From Neocallimastix sp. 'constans' (Eukaryota): DNA of 64,000 nt. The notes beneath the pieces were generated by a model, which did not search any database, was not told the origin of the DNA, and saw nothing but the letters and a program-made list of their open reading frames with translations. The translations under genes were made by a program, and so were the position numbers. Each line of letters begins with the position of its first letter. Position 1 is the stretch's first letter. This document shows, in pieces, positions 15,003 to 28,200 of the stretch. The stretch spans positions 434,001 through 498,000 of the forward strand of contig JBODTK010000112.1 in assembly GCA_050613775.1 (NCBI GenBank). Direction: 5' to 3'.

Positions 15003-15267
15003 CGTGTGTGTACCGCTTTTGGTTTTAGCCCTCTCCTTGGAGTAGTAGAAATATTGAGGTATTCAAAATACTTCCATAAAGACAGATAATGGCCCTTCTG
15101 GATGGCCTTACTATGCGTTCAGAATTGATGCTTTGACTTGAACATTATTATTGAGAATTTTTCTAGTGCACTTTTTCTCGGAGTGCTTCTCAAGTTCCGT
15201 ACTTCCCTTTGAATCAAGACTACTATAACCTAACCCATGGATATGTGTACTAGCTCCAACAAAGCCA
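15003..15267 (+). other. Isolated GC-enriched island with several base-paired stems; candidate ncRNA or TE remnant
   Basis: Sharp rise in GC within a 6.4-kb intergenic tract. TTGGAGTAGTA (15037-15047) pairs with TACTAGCTCCAA (15248-15259); internal hairpins at 15057-15074 and 15140-15197. No family recognised. Confidence 0.35.
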
Positions 15268-15692
15268 TAAAACTTTATTTATTAGTAATTCATTTTATTA
15301 TTTATATAACTAACAAAAATATAATATAAAATTGTTTTTTATTTTATTTTGTTATTTATATTTAATAATATATATTAGAAAAAAAAATAATAATTAGAGA
15401 ATTTCTAATGGATAAATATTATTAATTAAAAGTAGAAAAAGGTTTTCATTTCTATATGAAAATTTTATATTTATTTTAATGAATATTAAATTAAGAAAAG
15501 ATTTTTAAGGAAAAATTTTTTCAAATCTTGGATTTTTTATTCTTTCTGTAAATTTTTTTCTATTAATAATCACTATTAAAATTTTTATTCTTTTTTTTTC
15601 TTTTTTAATTTTTTTATTATTATATTTATGTTATTTTAATATATATATATTTTATTGTTTTGACTTTTATTATGTTTTTGAAGAAACTTAAC

Positions 15693-15733
<41 letters not shown>

Positions 15734-17338
15734 CAATAGATAACTTTAAATAAATCAATATTCATCAACAATAAAAAAATCAACTAATAAAACTTTATAA
15801 TTTAAAGTTTATATTTATTTTTCTGTTATTTTTTTTTTTTTTTTTTTTTATTTTAAAATAAAAACATATTTAGACAAAATTAAAAAATTAATTTATATAC
15901 TAATATACCATTTGATTATGATTTAATAATAATAATATTATTATTAATCTATATGGACGTATTGTGAAAAATGTTGAAATAAATAAATAAATAAATAAAT
16001 AATAAATAAATAAATTAATAATAAATAAATTAATAATAATAAAAATAAATAAATACTAAATAAATAATAAATAGGGAAATAATAAATAAATAAATAATAA
16101 ATAAGTAAACAAATAAATATCTAATTAACTAACTAAATAATATTAATAAATAATATTAATAAATAAATAAATAAATAGACAAATAAATAGATCATTAACT
16201 AAATAAATAAATTATATATGAAAAGCAAAAGCTTATAAAATTAAATATTAATTCGTAATCTTTTGATTAAAATATGAAATCATTTTATATGTAAAGTTAT
16301 ATATATATTTTTTATTCTTAAAGAATTCTCATTAAAAATACTGAACTATAGCTATTTTATGGTAGATTATTGAATTTGTAGATTATGTTCTTAAATAGAG
16401 TTTTTTTTTTATTTCTACAGAATAATCATGCCAAAAAAATTTTTTCTTTAATTTATTTTCTGCGTAAATAAAAATTTTTAATTATAAATTATGTATATAA
16501 TATATTGGAATGAACTATATATAATGATATATAATTTAAAAGTTATAATTTTTTATATATTTATTTTATATATTATTAAAAATTACTATTTATTTATATG
16601 TTCATCTTATTTTTAATAGAATTAAATGTATACATTCTTATATACATTGATATGTAAAAAAATAAATATAAATATATAAATATATCTTTTTAATATATAA
16701 ATATATTAAGATTCTTTTTTATATATATATTAAGTTTTTTTTTTAATATAAATATCACCTAAAAAGATAGTAAATATAAAACTTACCAATATATGAATTA
16801 ATATATAATATATAATAGTAGATTAAAATAAACATTATCACAAATATATGATAAAGATATATTATCTATTAATATAACAATAATATATATCACATATATA
16901 TTAATGAATAAATGAATATATTAATAATTAAAATTGATATAAATCTATTCAATATTGTATTAATTTTACCACATTATTGATACATATTATTTATAATATT
17001 TATAATCTAATCCTATTTAATTATTAAAAAAAAAAAATCATCATTTATTACATATATAATATATTTTATTTTTTTTCAATAACAAAATTTGTAGACTATC
17101 CATATAAAACTTTTAATATTTTATATATTGACTTTGTAATATTTTATGTAATTTATTTTTATTTTTATTTTTCATTATTTTTTTATTTTATTTTATTTTA
17201 TTTTATTTTTTTATTTTTTACTTATTAATTTTTATTTTTTTTTATTTTATAAAAGTAAATTTATAAAATAATAAAAATAAAATAAAAGAATTGTTATTTT
17301 ATTATTTATGATATAAATCATTGAGAATAATAATATTT

Positions 17339-17372
<34 letters not shown>

Positions 17373-18223
17373 ATTTAAATTAAAGTTTACAAATTAAAAG
17401 TTTTTTTTTTTTTATATATAAAATAAAATTAATTTTTTATAATATTAAAAAAAAAAAAAAAAATTGATATTGTAATATAATCTGAAAATATTAATATTAA
17501 TATTGGAAATGGAAATTTTATAAAAAAAAAAAAAAAAAAAAAAAAAAGAATAAAATTAAAAACAAAAAACATTATTATCAATGAATAATAATTATTATTA
17601 ATTGTCTTTTATGTCTTATGAAAAATACTAATCGAAAACTTTAATTAATAATTCAAACAATTTATTTATAATTAAAAAAAAAAAAAAGAAAAAGAAAAAG
17701 AGACTTTTGTTATTATTATAATAATAATAATAATAATAATAATACTTGAATAAAAAATTACAGAGAATCTTTTTCTTTTCTTTTCTTTTCTTTTCTTTTT
17801 TTTTTAATTATTATAATTTTTTAATAAAATAAAGAATTTCAAATAATTTAGAATTCAGAAATAAGTATTTTTTGTTTTTTATTATTTTAATTTATTGTTA
17901 AATAATATATAATCAAAATTTTAAATATAAACATAAAAACTAAATTTATAAATTAAAGTATACCTTATTTAAGATTTATTTAGATATTTCAATATATAAA
18001 TTATATAATAAATAATTATAGAATTAAACGTGTTTAAATAATTAATAAAATACTTTTTTTAAATAAAGAATATTTTCCTTTCAAAATATAAAATAGTATA
18101 TTAAAATCAATTAATTCAACTGCCCTAAAATTTTATATAATATATATACCTAACTTTTTATTTATTAATAATTTATTAAATAAATAAATAAATAAAATAA
18201 AATAAAATAATAATAAAAAAAAA

Positions 18224-18257
<34 letters not shown>

Positions 18258-18336
18258 AAAATATTATACGAAATAATAAAAATAATTTTTTTTTTGAGGT
18301 TTTGATGAATCAGGATTATTAAATTATATATATATA

Positions 18337-18759
18337 ATGGATAAAAAACCGTTAATAACAACTTCAACAACTAGTTCAGTATCTAGTGTACTAGCTAAGA
18401 CAAATGCAAGCTTAAAAACTAATACAACTCCTTTACTAACGGCATCAATTGGAAGTACTGTAACAGCACCACCTTTACCTTTGGTACCGTTAGCAAAAAA
18501 GAAAAAAACAGTAGCAAAAAGAAAAAAAGTATCGCAAGCGTGTGTTTATTGTAGAAGATCACATATGACATGCGGTAATTGTTATGTTTTTTTTTTAATT
18601 TAGTATAAATTTAGAATAAAAATAGAATAAAGTATATATTGTTATAGTATTAATATAATTAAAGATTAATATTATCAAGTTAAAAAATTTTGTTTAAACA
18701 AAAAGTAGAAAAGATAAAATAAAATAATAGTAAAATACTAATACTAATGTTAATAATGC

Positions 18760-18845
<86 letters not shown>

Positions 18846-20667
18846 TTAATAATAATAATAACAATAATAATAGTTACAATAATGATAATAATAATAAAAA
18901 TAATTATATTAATTACAATATAATAGTAATAATAAAATTAGATACAATAATGATAATAATAATAAAAATAATTATATTAATTACAATATAATAGTAATAA
19001 TAAAATTAGATACAATAATGATAATAATAATAAAAATAATTACAATATAATGGCAATAATAAAAATAGTTACAATAATAATATAATAATAAAAAAATGAA
19101 CAAATAAAAAAAAAAAAAAAAAAAACGAAACAGAAAAAATTAAAATATCAATAATAAACAAAAGCAAAAAATAATATTATATAATACATCTATATAAATA
19201 TATTCTAATATTTTTTCCTCTAAATATAAATAAATCTATATAAGATGATGGAAGACCATGTCAAAGATGTATAAAGGTATAGGAAATTTTTAAAATTTCA
19301 AAATATGTTAATTCTGATAAGACATTGCATAATTAAAACAAATAAATATATTTTTATAAAATATATACTAATATATATATATATATACATAATTATTATT
19401 ATACTTATATATACTGTTATATTTAATATTATATATATATATATTTATACTCTTATTCGTATTTACTAATTCTTATATAAATATATAAATATATAAATAT
19501 TTAAATATATGCATTCAATAATTTTAATAGAGAAATATTGCACATTTATGTCATGATGAACCAAAAACAAATAAAAAAAATAAAAAGAAAAATGCTAAGG
19601 ATGCTAAAGGAAATAAAACTACAAAAACTACAGTTACAAAAACACCAAGTTTGATAAGTGCACCAACTCCAACACCACCGTTACCTCTTCATAAAATGAA
19701 TAGTACTACAGATGCTTCACCTATTACAACACCATATGCTAATTTATATTTACAACAAGGATTGAATCCATTTTATAATATGAATTACACTTCATTTAAT
19801 CCAATTTTTTCAAATGATTATGTAGGTAGTGAATTAAATGTTATCAGTGATTTCTTAGCTACTTTAGATGATCCTAATTTTAATTCTCAGCTTGCTCAAA
19901 ATAATACCTCAGCGACTTCAAATAATTCGATCATTACAACATCACCTATCCCAAATGCGGATCTATCTAATGCATCAGCATCAGCATCAACATCAATTAT
20001 AAGTCCAATAGAAAATCCAGTTAAAAATGAAAATGAAATTTCATCAACTTCATCCAATCCTAATACTTTTGATGCTCATGAAAGTAAAACTGAACAATTT
20101 ATATTGAAAGCTGCCGATCCTCCACATAAAACTTCAGCAGAGAGATTGGCTGCGTTCCTTAATGCAAAATATGAAGCTGGTTTATTAAAACCATTTAATC
20201 ATGTAAATGGATATACCCGTCTTCAGAAATATATGGAAAAGAATCTTTCAAAATCAAGTCGACAACGTATTATAAATGTTATTGAATTATTTAGACCTTC
20301 TTTTAGAGCAGTTGCTCAATCTTTAACTGATATCGATTTAATTTTAGTAGAAGAAGCATTTGAAAGATTACTTTTGGAATATGATAGAGTATTTACGAGT
20401 ATGGGTATACCTTCCTGTTTATGGCGTCGTACTGGGGAAATTTTCAAGTGTAATAAAGAGTTTGCTGATTTAATTAATATGTCTATGGATGATTTTAAAG
20501 AAGGAAAATTATGTATTTATGAACTTTTGGCAGAAGAATCGGCAGTAAATTATTGGGAAAAATATGGTAATATAGCTTTTGATCCAGGACAAAAAGCTGT
20601 ATTAACTTCATGTGTTTTAAGAAATCCAAAAAAACCATCTCAAGGAGTTAGTTGTTGTTTTTCAGTA

Positions 20668-20706
<39 letters not shown>

Positions 20707-21029
20707 TTTTTATTTTTTGTTTTTTGTTTTTATATTTAAATAAAGTAACATATATATTAGTACGTAAACAATTAATAATATTATAATGAATGATTAAAAC
20801 ATAGACATTTGATATATGTTATTAAAAAAAAAAAAATTAATAAAATATATGTTTATAATAATACTAATTTTTTTTTTTTTTTATTAAAATATAATTTTTT
20901 ATCATATTTAATAATTATTATTCAATAATATATAAATAACTCATTGATACATACACATTTACATATATATACTGCATATATACTTGATAATTTTTATTTA
21001 TTTTATTTTATTCTATTTTATTTATTTTA

Positions 21030-21061
<32 letters not shown>

Positions 21062-21144
21062 TTTGTTTTAAATTTTAGTTTACTATAAGAAGAGATAAAT
21101 ATAATATACCAATGATGATTGTAGGAAACTTCCTTCCTGCTTAA
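18337..21144 (+). CDS. acuM: Zn(II)2Cys6 transcription factor with C-terminal PAS-like fold, AcuM/Rds2/AOD2 family
   Basis: Exons 18337-18574, 19245-19276, 19531-20664, 21079-21144, all GT..AG and in frame. They rebuild KRKKVSQACVYCRRSHMTCDDGRPCQRCIKRNIAHLCHDEP. The C-terminal region has LLKPFNHVNGYTRL, PSCLWRRTGEI, ESAVNYWEKY and CCFSFTIRRDKYNIPMMIVGNFLP, motifs I recognise from AcuM/Rds2. Confidence 0.9.
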
Positions 21145-21147
21145 CGG

Positions 21148-21185
<38 letters not shown>

Positions 21186-22419
21186 TTACAAAAATATACT
21201 TAAAATATATTTATGGACTAAAAGATATAATTAATTATAATCGTAATAACAATAATAAAATACATATATATAATATAATATATTATAAAATATAATATTT
21301 ATATTATTGGACATTTTTACTACTTTATTACTATTTTTTATTTTATATTATAATTTTTTAATTTTTTTTTAATATATAAATAATATTTTTTATTATATTT
21401 TTTTTTTTTTAAATTTATTTCTTTAAATATAATAAATTTATATGTGTTTCAGTTTGAAAAAAAAAAAAAAAAAAAAAAAAAAATAATATATAAATAAAGC
21501 TATAAAATTATTTCATTATTTTTATTTCTAAATTCCTATACTATAAATTATATATATAGATATGATTTGTTATAGTATTTACTTATTCTTAGTAAAAAGT
21601 TATTAATTATTATAGTAATTTATCAAATTAAAAATTCAATTTTTATATTATGAAATTTAATCGAGGGTGATGGTAAAAAATCCGAACATTTCACAATGAA
21701 TGTTTTTAGTACAATTACTTATTACAGTTGTTATCGATAATAATTATCAAAATTATTAATTTTAAAAATTTTTAAGAAATAGTATTATTTTTCATTCATG
21801 TATCTTTTTCTTTTTCATACATTTACTATTTCTTCATGTATGAATCATTTATGTATTGTACTATAATGCTATATTTATCATATTTATATATATATATATA
21901 TATATATATTTTATTTTTATTTTAATTTTTTTTTTTTTTTATTTTTATGGATGGTTTATGTAATTACGGTACTTTTTTTATATTCTTGTAGGAATTGATT
22001 CATTCTATCTCATAATTTTTTTAATTTTTTTTTTTTTAATATACTTTTGATATTTAAAATCCTTTAAACAATTGAATATCGTTTTAATAATACTTGACGC
22101 TCAGAACTTATCGATACTGGGGAATCTAATTCACTATACTTTTTTCATGCTAAAAATAAGTTATAAAAAAATATAACGACATTACTTCCTTTTACCATTT
22201 ATTTGGCATTAATAATCAACTTATTATGTTTTTATTGCCAAAGAGCTAAAGAGGCATACCTCGTAAAGTTTTAACTAAATATATATTTCTGGGCTCAATA
22301 TTATATAATTCGTCTTATAATATATAAAATTTTATAGATAATTACAATTAAAATTAATTATTTATTCCTTATTGTTTCAATCAAATATATTTGCTTTGAG
22401 CCTAAATTAAAAAGCCTTT

Positions 22420-23430
22420 TATGAAATATTTATCCCAATCCCTTAACACTTCTGATGATATTACCAATCCTGAATCTAAGATTATTTCCAGCCCCAGGGT
22501 TTCAGATCAACCAAATCTAAAGCTTCTAATCTTTGAATTCACTCTTTATGCCTGAAATACAAAAATTAAAAATTGCTTGATTCTGGATCCCAATTTAATC
22601 TAGTGGATGTGTACTTTGCAAAAGAAAACAACATTCCATATTCTTCAGATACCGATTATCCCGAAGTAGGCGGAATCGGGGGTCATCAACAAATCCATGG
22701 AAAAACTTTAGCAGCATTTATAATTTATAATAATCATAATTGTAAGGTTCAATTCTACGTCGTCGATTTACCATCCCTTTTCACTCACAATCCAGTCATT
22801 GACTTTTTTTTTTTTTTTTTTTTTTGAAAAAACACACTACTTTAAATTGAATCAATGTATAAATAATTACTTTGTTATTCCTAATTCTTTTACTGCCTCT
22901 GTTAATTCAAACGAAACTACTGAATCCCAAAACACAAGCACTTGAGAAGAGAAGAAACCAAATGAAACCAATAATAAAATTAAAAAACATCTATCCAATA
23001 AAATAAGACTTTTCAAAGAATGTATTTAGTGAAATGCCTGCAAATGATCTATCTCCACATCATCCTTATGATTGCTAAATCAATCTCAAACCTGAATCTA
23101 GTCTATACTGTGGACCGATATATCTATTAACCAAAAAAGAATTAATTACCCTTAAAAAAGTACATTGATAAAATATTGGCAAAAGGTTTCATTAGAAAAT
23201 CTAAATCTCCTGCCGGTGATCCAATTTTCTTATTATTAAAAAAAATGGTGAATTTTAATTAGTTATCGATTATTGTTGATTTAACAAAACTACTTTTTCG
23301 AGACTCATTCCTAATTCTATTAATCAATTACATGCTAGAATGCCTTTTTAAATATAAAATCTTCTTTAAAAATGATCTAGGTCAAGCTTTTTAACCTTAT
23401 TAGAATTAAGGAAAGCTGTGAATACTACTA
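22420..23430 (+). mobile_element. Degenerate Ty3/gypsy LTR retrotransposon pol fragment (aspartic protease plus start of RT)
   Basis: LDSGSQFNLV protease motif at 22576. Downstream pieces read PHHPYDC*INLKP, YIDKILAKGFIRKSKSPAGDPIF and LVIDY, broken by stops and frameshifts. Boundaries are approximate and no LTRs were identified. Confidence 0.85.
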
Positions 23431-23449
23431 TTAATTTTTATAACCATTA

Positions 23450-23630
23450 GATTTACTGTTTCCAAGAGCGTCGATGTCGAAATATAAGGCAAAGAAGAAA
23501 TTCTATAAGGTCATATATATATATATTTTAAGGAAAAATGAATCAAACAATTAATTTCTCTATGTGTAAAAGAAGGAATTCTGATATATATTTGAATGAT
23601 AATTTTTATACACATGGAGTTATCATCAAT
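23450..23630 (+). repeat. Dispersed repeat fragment, inverted copy of 37745-37845
   Basis: TTTCCAAGAGCGTCGATG..ATAAGGCAAAGAAGAAATTC and GAATGATAATTTTTATACACATGGAGTTATCA match the reverse complement of 37745-37845. Confidence 0.75.
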
Positions 23631-24864
23631 GAAAGGGAAGAGTTAGAGGTCATTTCGTCCTCGAAACTCATAATGTAGTTTTTTAATATTAATGTTAAAA
23701 ATTTCACATATATTTTGTTTTCATTCATTTTTTTTTTAATAAATATTATTAAATAAAATTTATTCCTAGTCTAAAAATACAGAAAGTAAGTAGTTTTTTC
23801 TTTGATTAAGGTTTTAAAATTACTAGTATATATTAATTATTATTAATTATATATTGAGTAATAATATCAATATTTATTTAAAATAAAAATATAAGATAAA
23901 TAAAATTATTAATTAATATGTTTTTGTTTTCAATTTATAAAGTTCAATGTTAAAATAAAAATATAATAGAAGTAAAATTAATAAAAACTTTTTATTATGA
24001 ATTCAATTAGTTTTTCAAATATATTTCATTTTTAACAGGTAAAGAGAACCATTGCTAATTTATTTATTATTTTAATATATTAATAGCAACTATGAATCTA
24101 TAATTTAACTAGATGTCATATTATCTAATGCTAATAGTACAATAACTAACATACTAATATACTACTACCATCATCAATACTAGCATTTATAAATCTATTT
24201 TTTAATTAGATGTAAATTTATCTAATGCTAATAATATAACTAACATATTAATTAATATACTACTACTATTATCAATATTATTTCTTTTTTTTTTTTTTTT
24301 AAACTTTATATAATTAATGGGAGCTTATATTATTCTTATTTACAAATAATACAAAACCATTTATTTAAAACTCTTTTGATTATATTTCTAAAATAATCAT
24401 AATATATATAATATATATGTTAAAATTTATTATTATTAATTTTTTTTTTTTTTTTTTTACATTAATTATTAACAAAAAAAAATTAAAATAATAATTTATT
24501 ATACTTTAATATCAACTTTTCAATTCTAATTTATATTTATATATAATACATTTTCCTTGTAATTTTCACTAATTGAAAAATATCTTATAAAAATGAAATC
24601 AGGACAATGAAATCAAGACAATAATGTCCAAAATTCTGTTAGCAATTTTAGAAATGCTAATTATATTGACATCTGACCCAGATATAGGTGTACAATTAAA
24701 ATTAATTAAAATCATTAATTTAAAAAATGAAAAAGAAAATTAAAATTTATTTGTTCTTTTTAATAATTTTAACACAAAAACTCATAATTTATATAAATAC
24801 AATGATTTTTATTGAAATTTTTCTTTAAATAGATATATACATACATATATATGTGTTAAATTTA

Positions 24865-24923
<59 letters not shown>

Positions 24924-25227
24924 TAAACTATTTTGGAGTTCAGCTAAACTATAATTTTTTTTTTTTATTCCCTTTGCTTTAAAATGAGATAGAATTATAA
25001 ACTGATTTCTTATTTTTTTTTTCGATATTTTAATTTAATTTAATTTAATTTAATTTAATTTAATTTAATTTAATTTAATTTATTTATATATTTATTTATT
25101 TATTTATTTATTTATTTATTATTATTTTTATTATTATTTTATTATTATTTTTAGTATTATCATTATCATTACTCGCAATTATTTATTAGAAAGATATATA
25201 TATATACTTATATATTTATTATTACAA

Positions 25228-28200
25228 TTAGAGTCCAATAATAAAATTAAAATTATTTTTATTGATAATTGATTTAGCTGTTTGACCTTGATGATCTTTA
25301 ATGGAAATATCAGCATGATTTTTAATTAGTAATTCGGAACCATATTTATTATATAAACGACAAGCTATTATTAAAGCTGTTTCTCCATTATTATTACATT
25401 CATTTATGTTAGCTTTATTTTGACAAAGATAGTTACCAACATAATAATTAAAATTACTTAGTACAATCATTAAGGGTGTTAATCCTGTTTTCTTTTCTTT
25501 GAAATTTACATCCGCTCCATGTTTAATTAATTCTTTAATATGTCCTATATTATTAGAATGACATGCTAAAGTTAATGGTGATTCTCCTTCCCAATTAGCA
25601 ATATTAACATTGGCATTACCTTTCTCTATTAACATTTTTAAAATATTGAAACTGTAGTAACATTCAGAAATTAGAGTTAATGGGGTATTACCATTGATAT
25701 TATCATGAACATTAACATTTGCTTGATGTTGGATTAATAAATCTATTAAGGAATAATTACGATAATAGCAAGTCATCATTAATGGAGTTTCACCTTTATA
25801 AGTAGGGATATTAACATCGACACCATCTGATATTAAGATTCTTCCTATATTCTCATTACCTCTGAAACAAGCCATAGCTAGAGGAGTGAAACCTTGATTA
25901 TTTTGTACATTCTTGTTAATATTGGGTTGCTTTAATAAAAATTTTGTTAAAGCAGTGACAAAATCCCATTCATAACGATTACTGGCACAGGCATAATGAA
26001 GTGAAGTATTACCATCTTGATCAGTTGCATTTATATCAATATTAAGTTCAGGATTAATTCTCATCAATTCAAATAGTTGATAAACTATTTTTACATCCAC
26101 ATGAATTGTAGCATAAATAAATATTAAATTAATTTCTTCCTGAGAAAGGCCTTTTAAGTTTAATTCAGACTGCTGGAATAATGATTTAAACTTTTGATAT
26201 AATTCAAGGTTTTTCTTTTCTATTTCCATATATTCCAATTTTTTCTTATATGAGGCTACAATTTCTTTATGAGAAGGTAATGTGGAATCAAAATTATCAT
26301 AAGATTCTTTTTCAATATAGAAGACGGCTTCTTCTGGTAAATCTTTCTTTTGAGCACATTCATAGAACTGAATGACTTTTTCTAAATATTTTAATTCATA
26401 ATCAATGACTTCTTGGAAATAACTTGTGGTACCATTTAACTTTATCGTAATATATACACTTCGTCCATGATCATCTTCTTCTAATAAATCCATTTTATAA
26501 GGGTTCATTAAAAAATCATCATAGATACTAATAAAATCACGGAAGCATGAAAGCTGAAAAGCTGTTTGATGATAATTATTCTTAATATATATATTAGCCC
26601 CTTCTTGAATTAATGTTTTGGCGATATCAAGAGAGCTATTAGAACAAGCAATTATTAATGGATTATACTTTCTTAAATTGCATTTATTAATATCTATTTT
26701 ATCAGATGTTAATAATATTTCTACAATACTTTGATTATTCCGATTACAAGCTAAAGTTAAAGCCGTATTACCTTCTGAATCTTGCATATTTGGATCTGCA
26801 TCATATTGAAGAAGTAACTTAGTAACTTCTTCAAATTTATCTTTACAGGCTATCATTAAAGGTGACAAACAATATTGACAAAGAATATTTGGATTAGCAC
26901 CGTGCTTCAAAAGAGACTCCATAAGTTCAATACTTTCGTGTCGATCATAAGAAAAAGTAGCAACATATAAAGCGGTATTACCACATTCACAAATTAAATT
27001 AGGATCGGCTCCATGATCTAAAAGATAGAGAGCAATGTCAGCATGACCTGTTTGACAAGCAATAATTAAAGGTGTATCGCCATTTGTCTCTCTGACATTA
27101 ATATTAATAGATGGGAAAATTTCGAGTAAGGCTTTAACTTCATTCATTTTACCAAAAATACATGCTTGTAAATAAGTACGATCTAATTCTTCTTGTGTAA
27201 ATTTTTTCTGAAGACTTTCAGTATCTATATCCATATAGTTTTCTGGATTTGATTCAAGTATAGGATTTATTTCTTCCATTACTCGATTATATATATCATA
27301 AGTAGCAATAAATGCTGTTGTATCTGGACATCTATTTTGATAATCATTTCTATCCTTATAAGCCATAATAAGGTTTTCATAAATTTCTTCTTTGTCTATT
27401 TTATTAGAATTTTTTAAAATATATAAAATAGAATTACCATAAGTATCTTTACTATATAAATTAGCACCTTTACTAATTAGATATTGAATTAATTTACTAT
27501 TTTTTTTTTCTAATTCAATTATTAACTGATTAAGAGGATGAACACCATTTATAGTTTCGTAATTAACATTAGCTCCTCCTTTTATTAATACATCAACCAT
27601 TTTCATGTTATTATCAATACATGCTTGTATAAATGGTGTTATACTAGAAGCTTGAACATTAGGATTAGCTCCATTTTTTAGTAGAAGTTCCACATGCTCT
27701 ATTATTTCTGACTTACAAGCTTCATAAAGTGGGTAAACATCCATAGAGTTTGGACGATTAACATCAACCCCATTATCTATAAAAAATTGAATTAATTCTT
27801 CATTACCATATTCACCACAAGCAATATGAAATGCAGTATAACATACATATCTTTTAGCTGTTCTTTCGGTATAAATATTTACATTATGATCGAATAATAA
27901 TTGTAATAATTCTTTATTTTTATAGTAAGTAGCATAAAATAAAGGAAAATCACCACTATTGGTTTTAGCGTCTATATTGACTGGTTTATTTTGATCGAGA
28001 ATTAATTTTGCTAATTCAAAATCATTTTTTTTACAAGCTATAATAAAAGGAGTAAACCCATAACTATTAGGAACGTCAATATTTATATTTTCTAACGATA
28101 GGAGTTTTTTAATAATATCCTTTTTTTGCAATATACAACATTGATGAAGTGCACTATCACCGGAGTAATTAATATAATTAATATCTATATCATGAGTCAA

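Noticed and set aside
15226..15236. TAACCTAACCC as a telomerase RNA template (CCTAACCC fits TTAGGG)
   Set aside because: Only an 8-nt match, and it lies at the 3' end of the island with no room for a downstream pseudoknot or CR4/5 domain.
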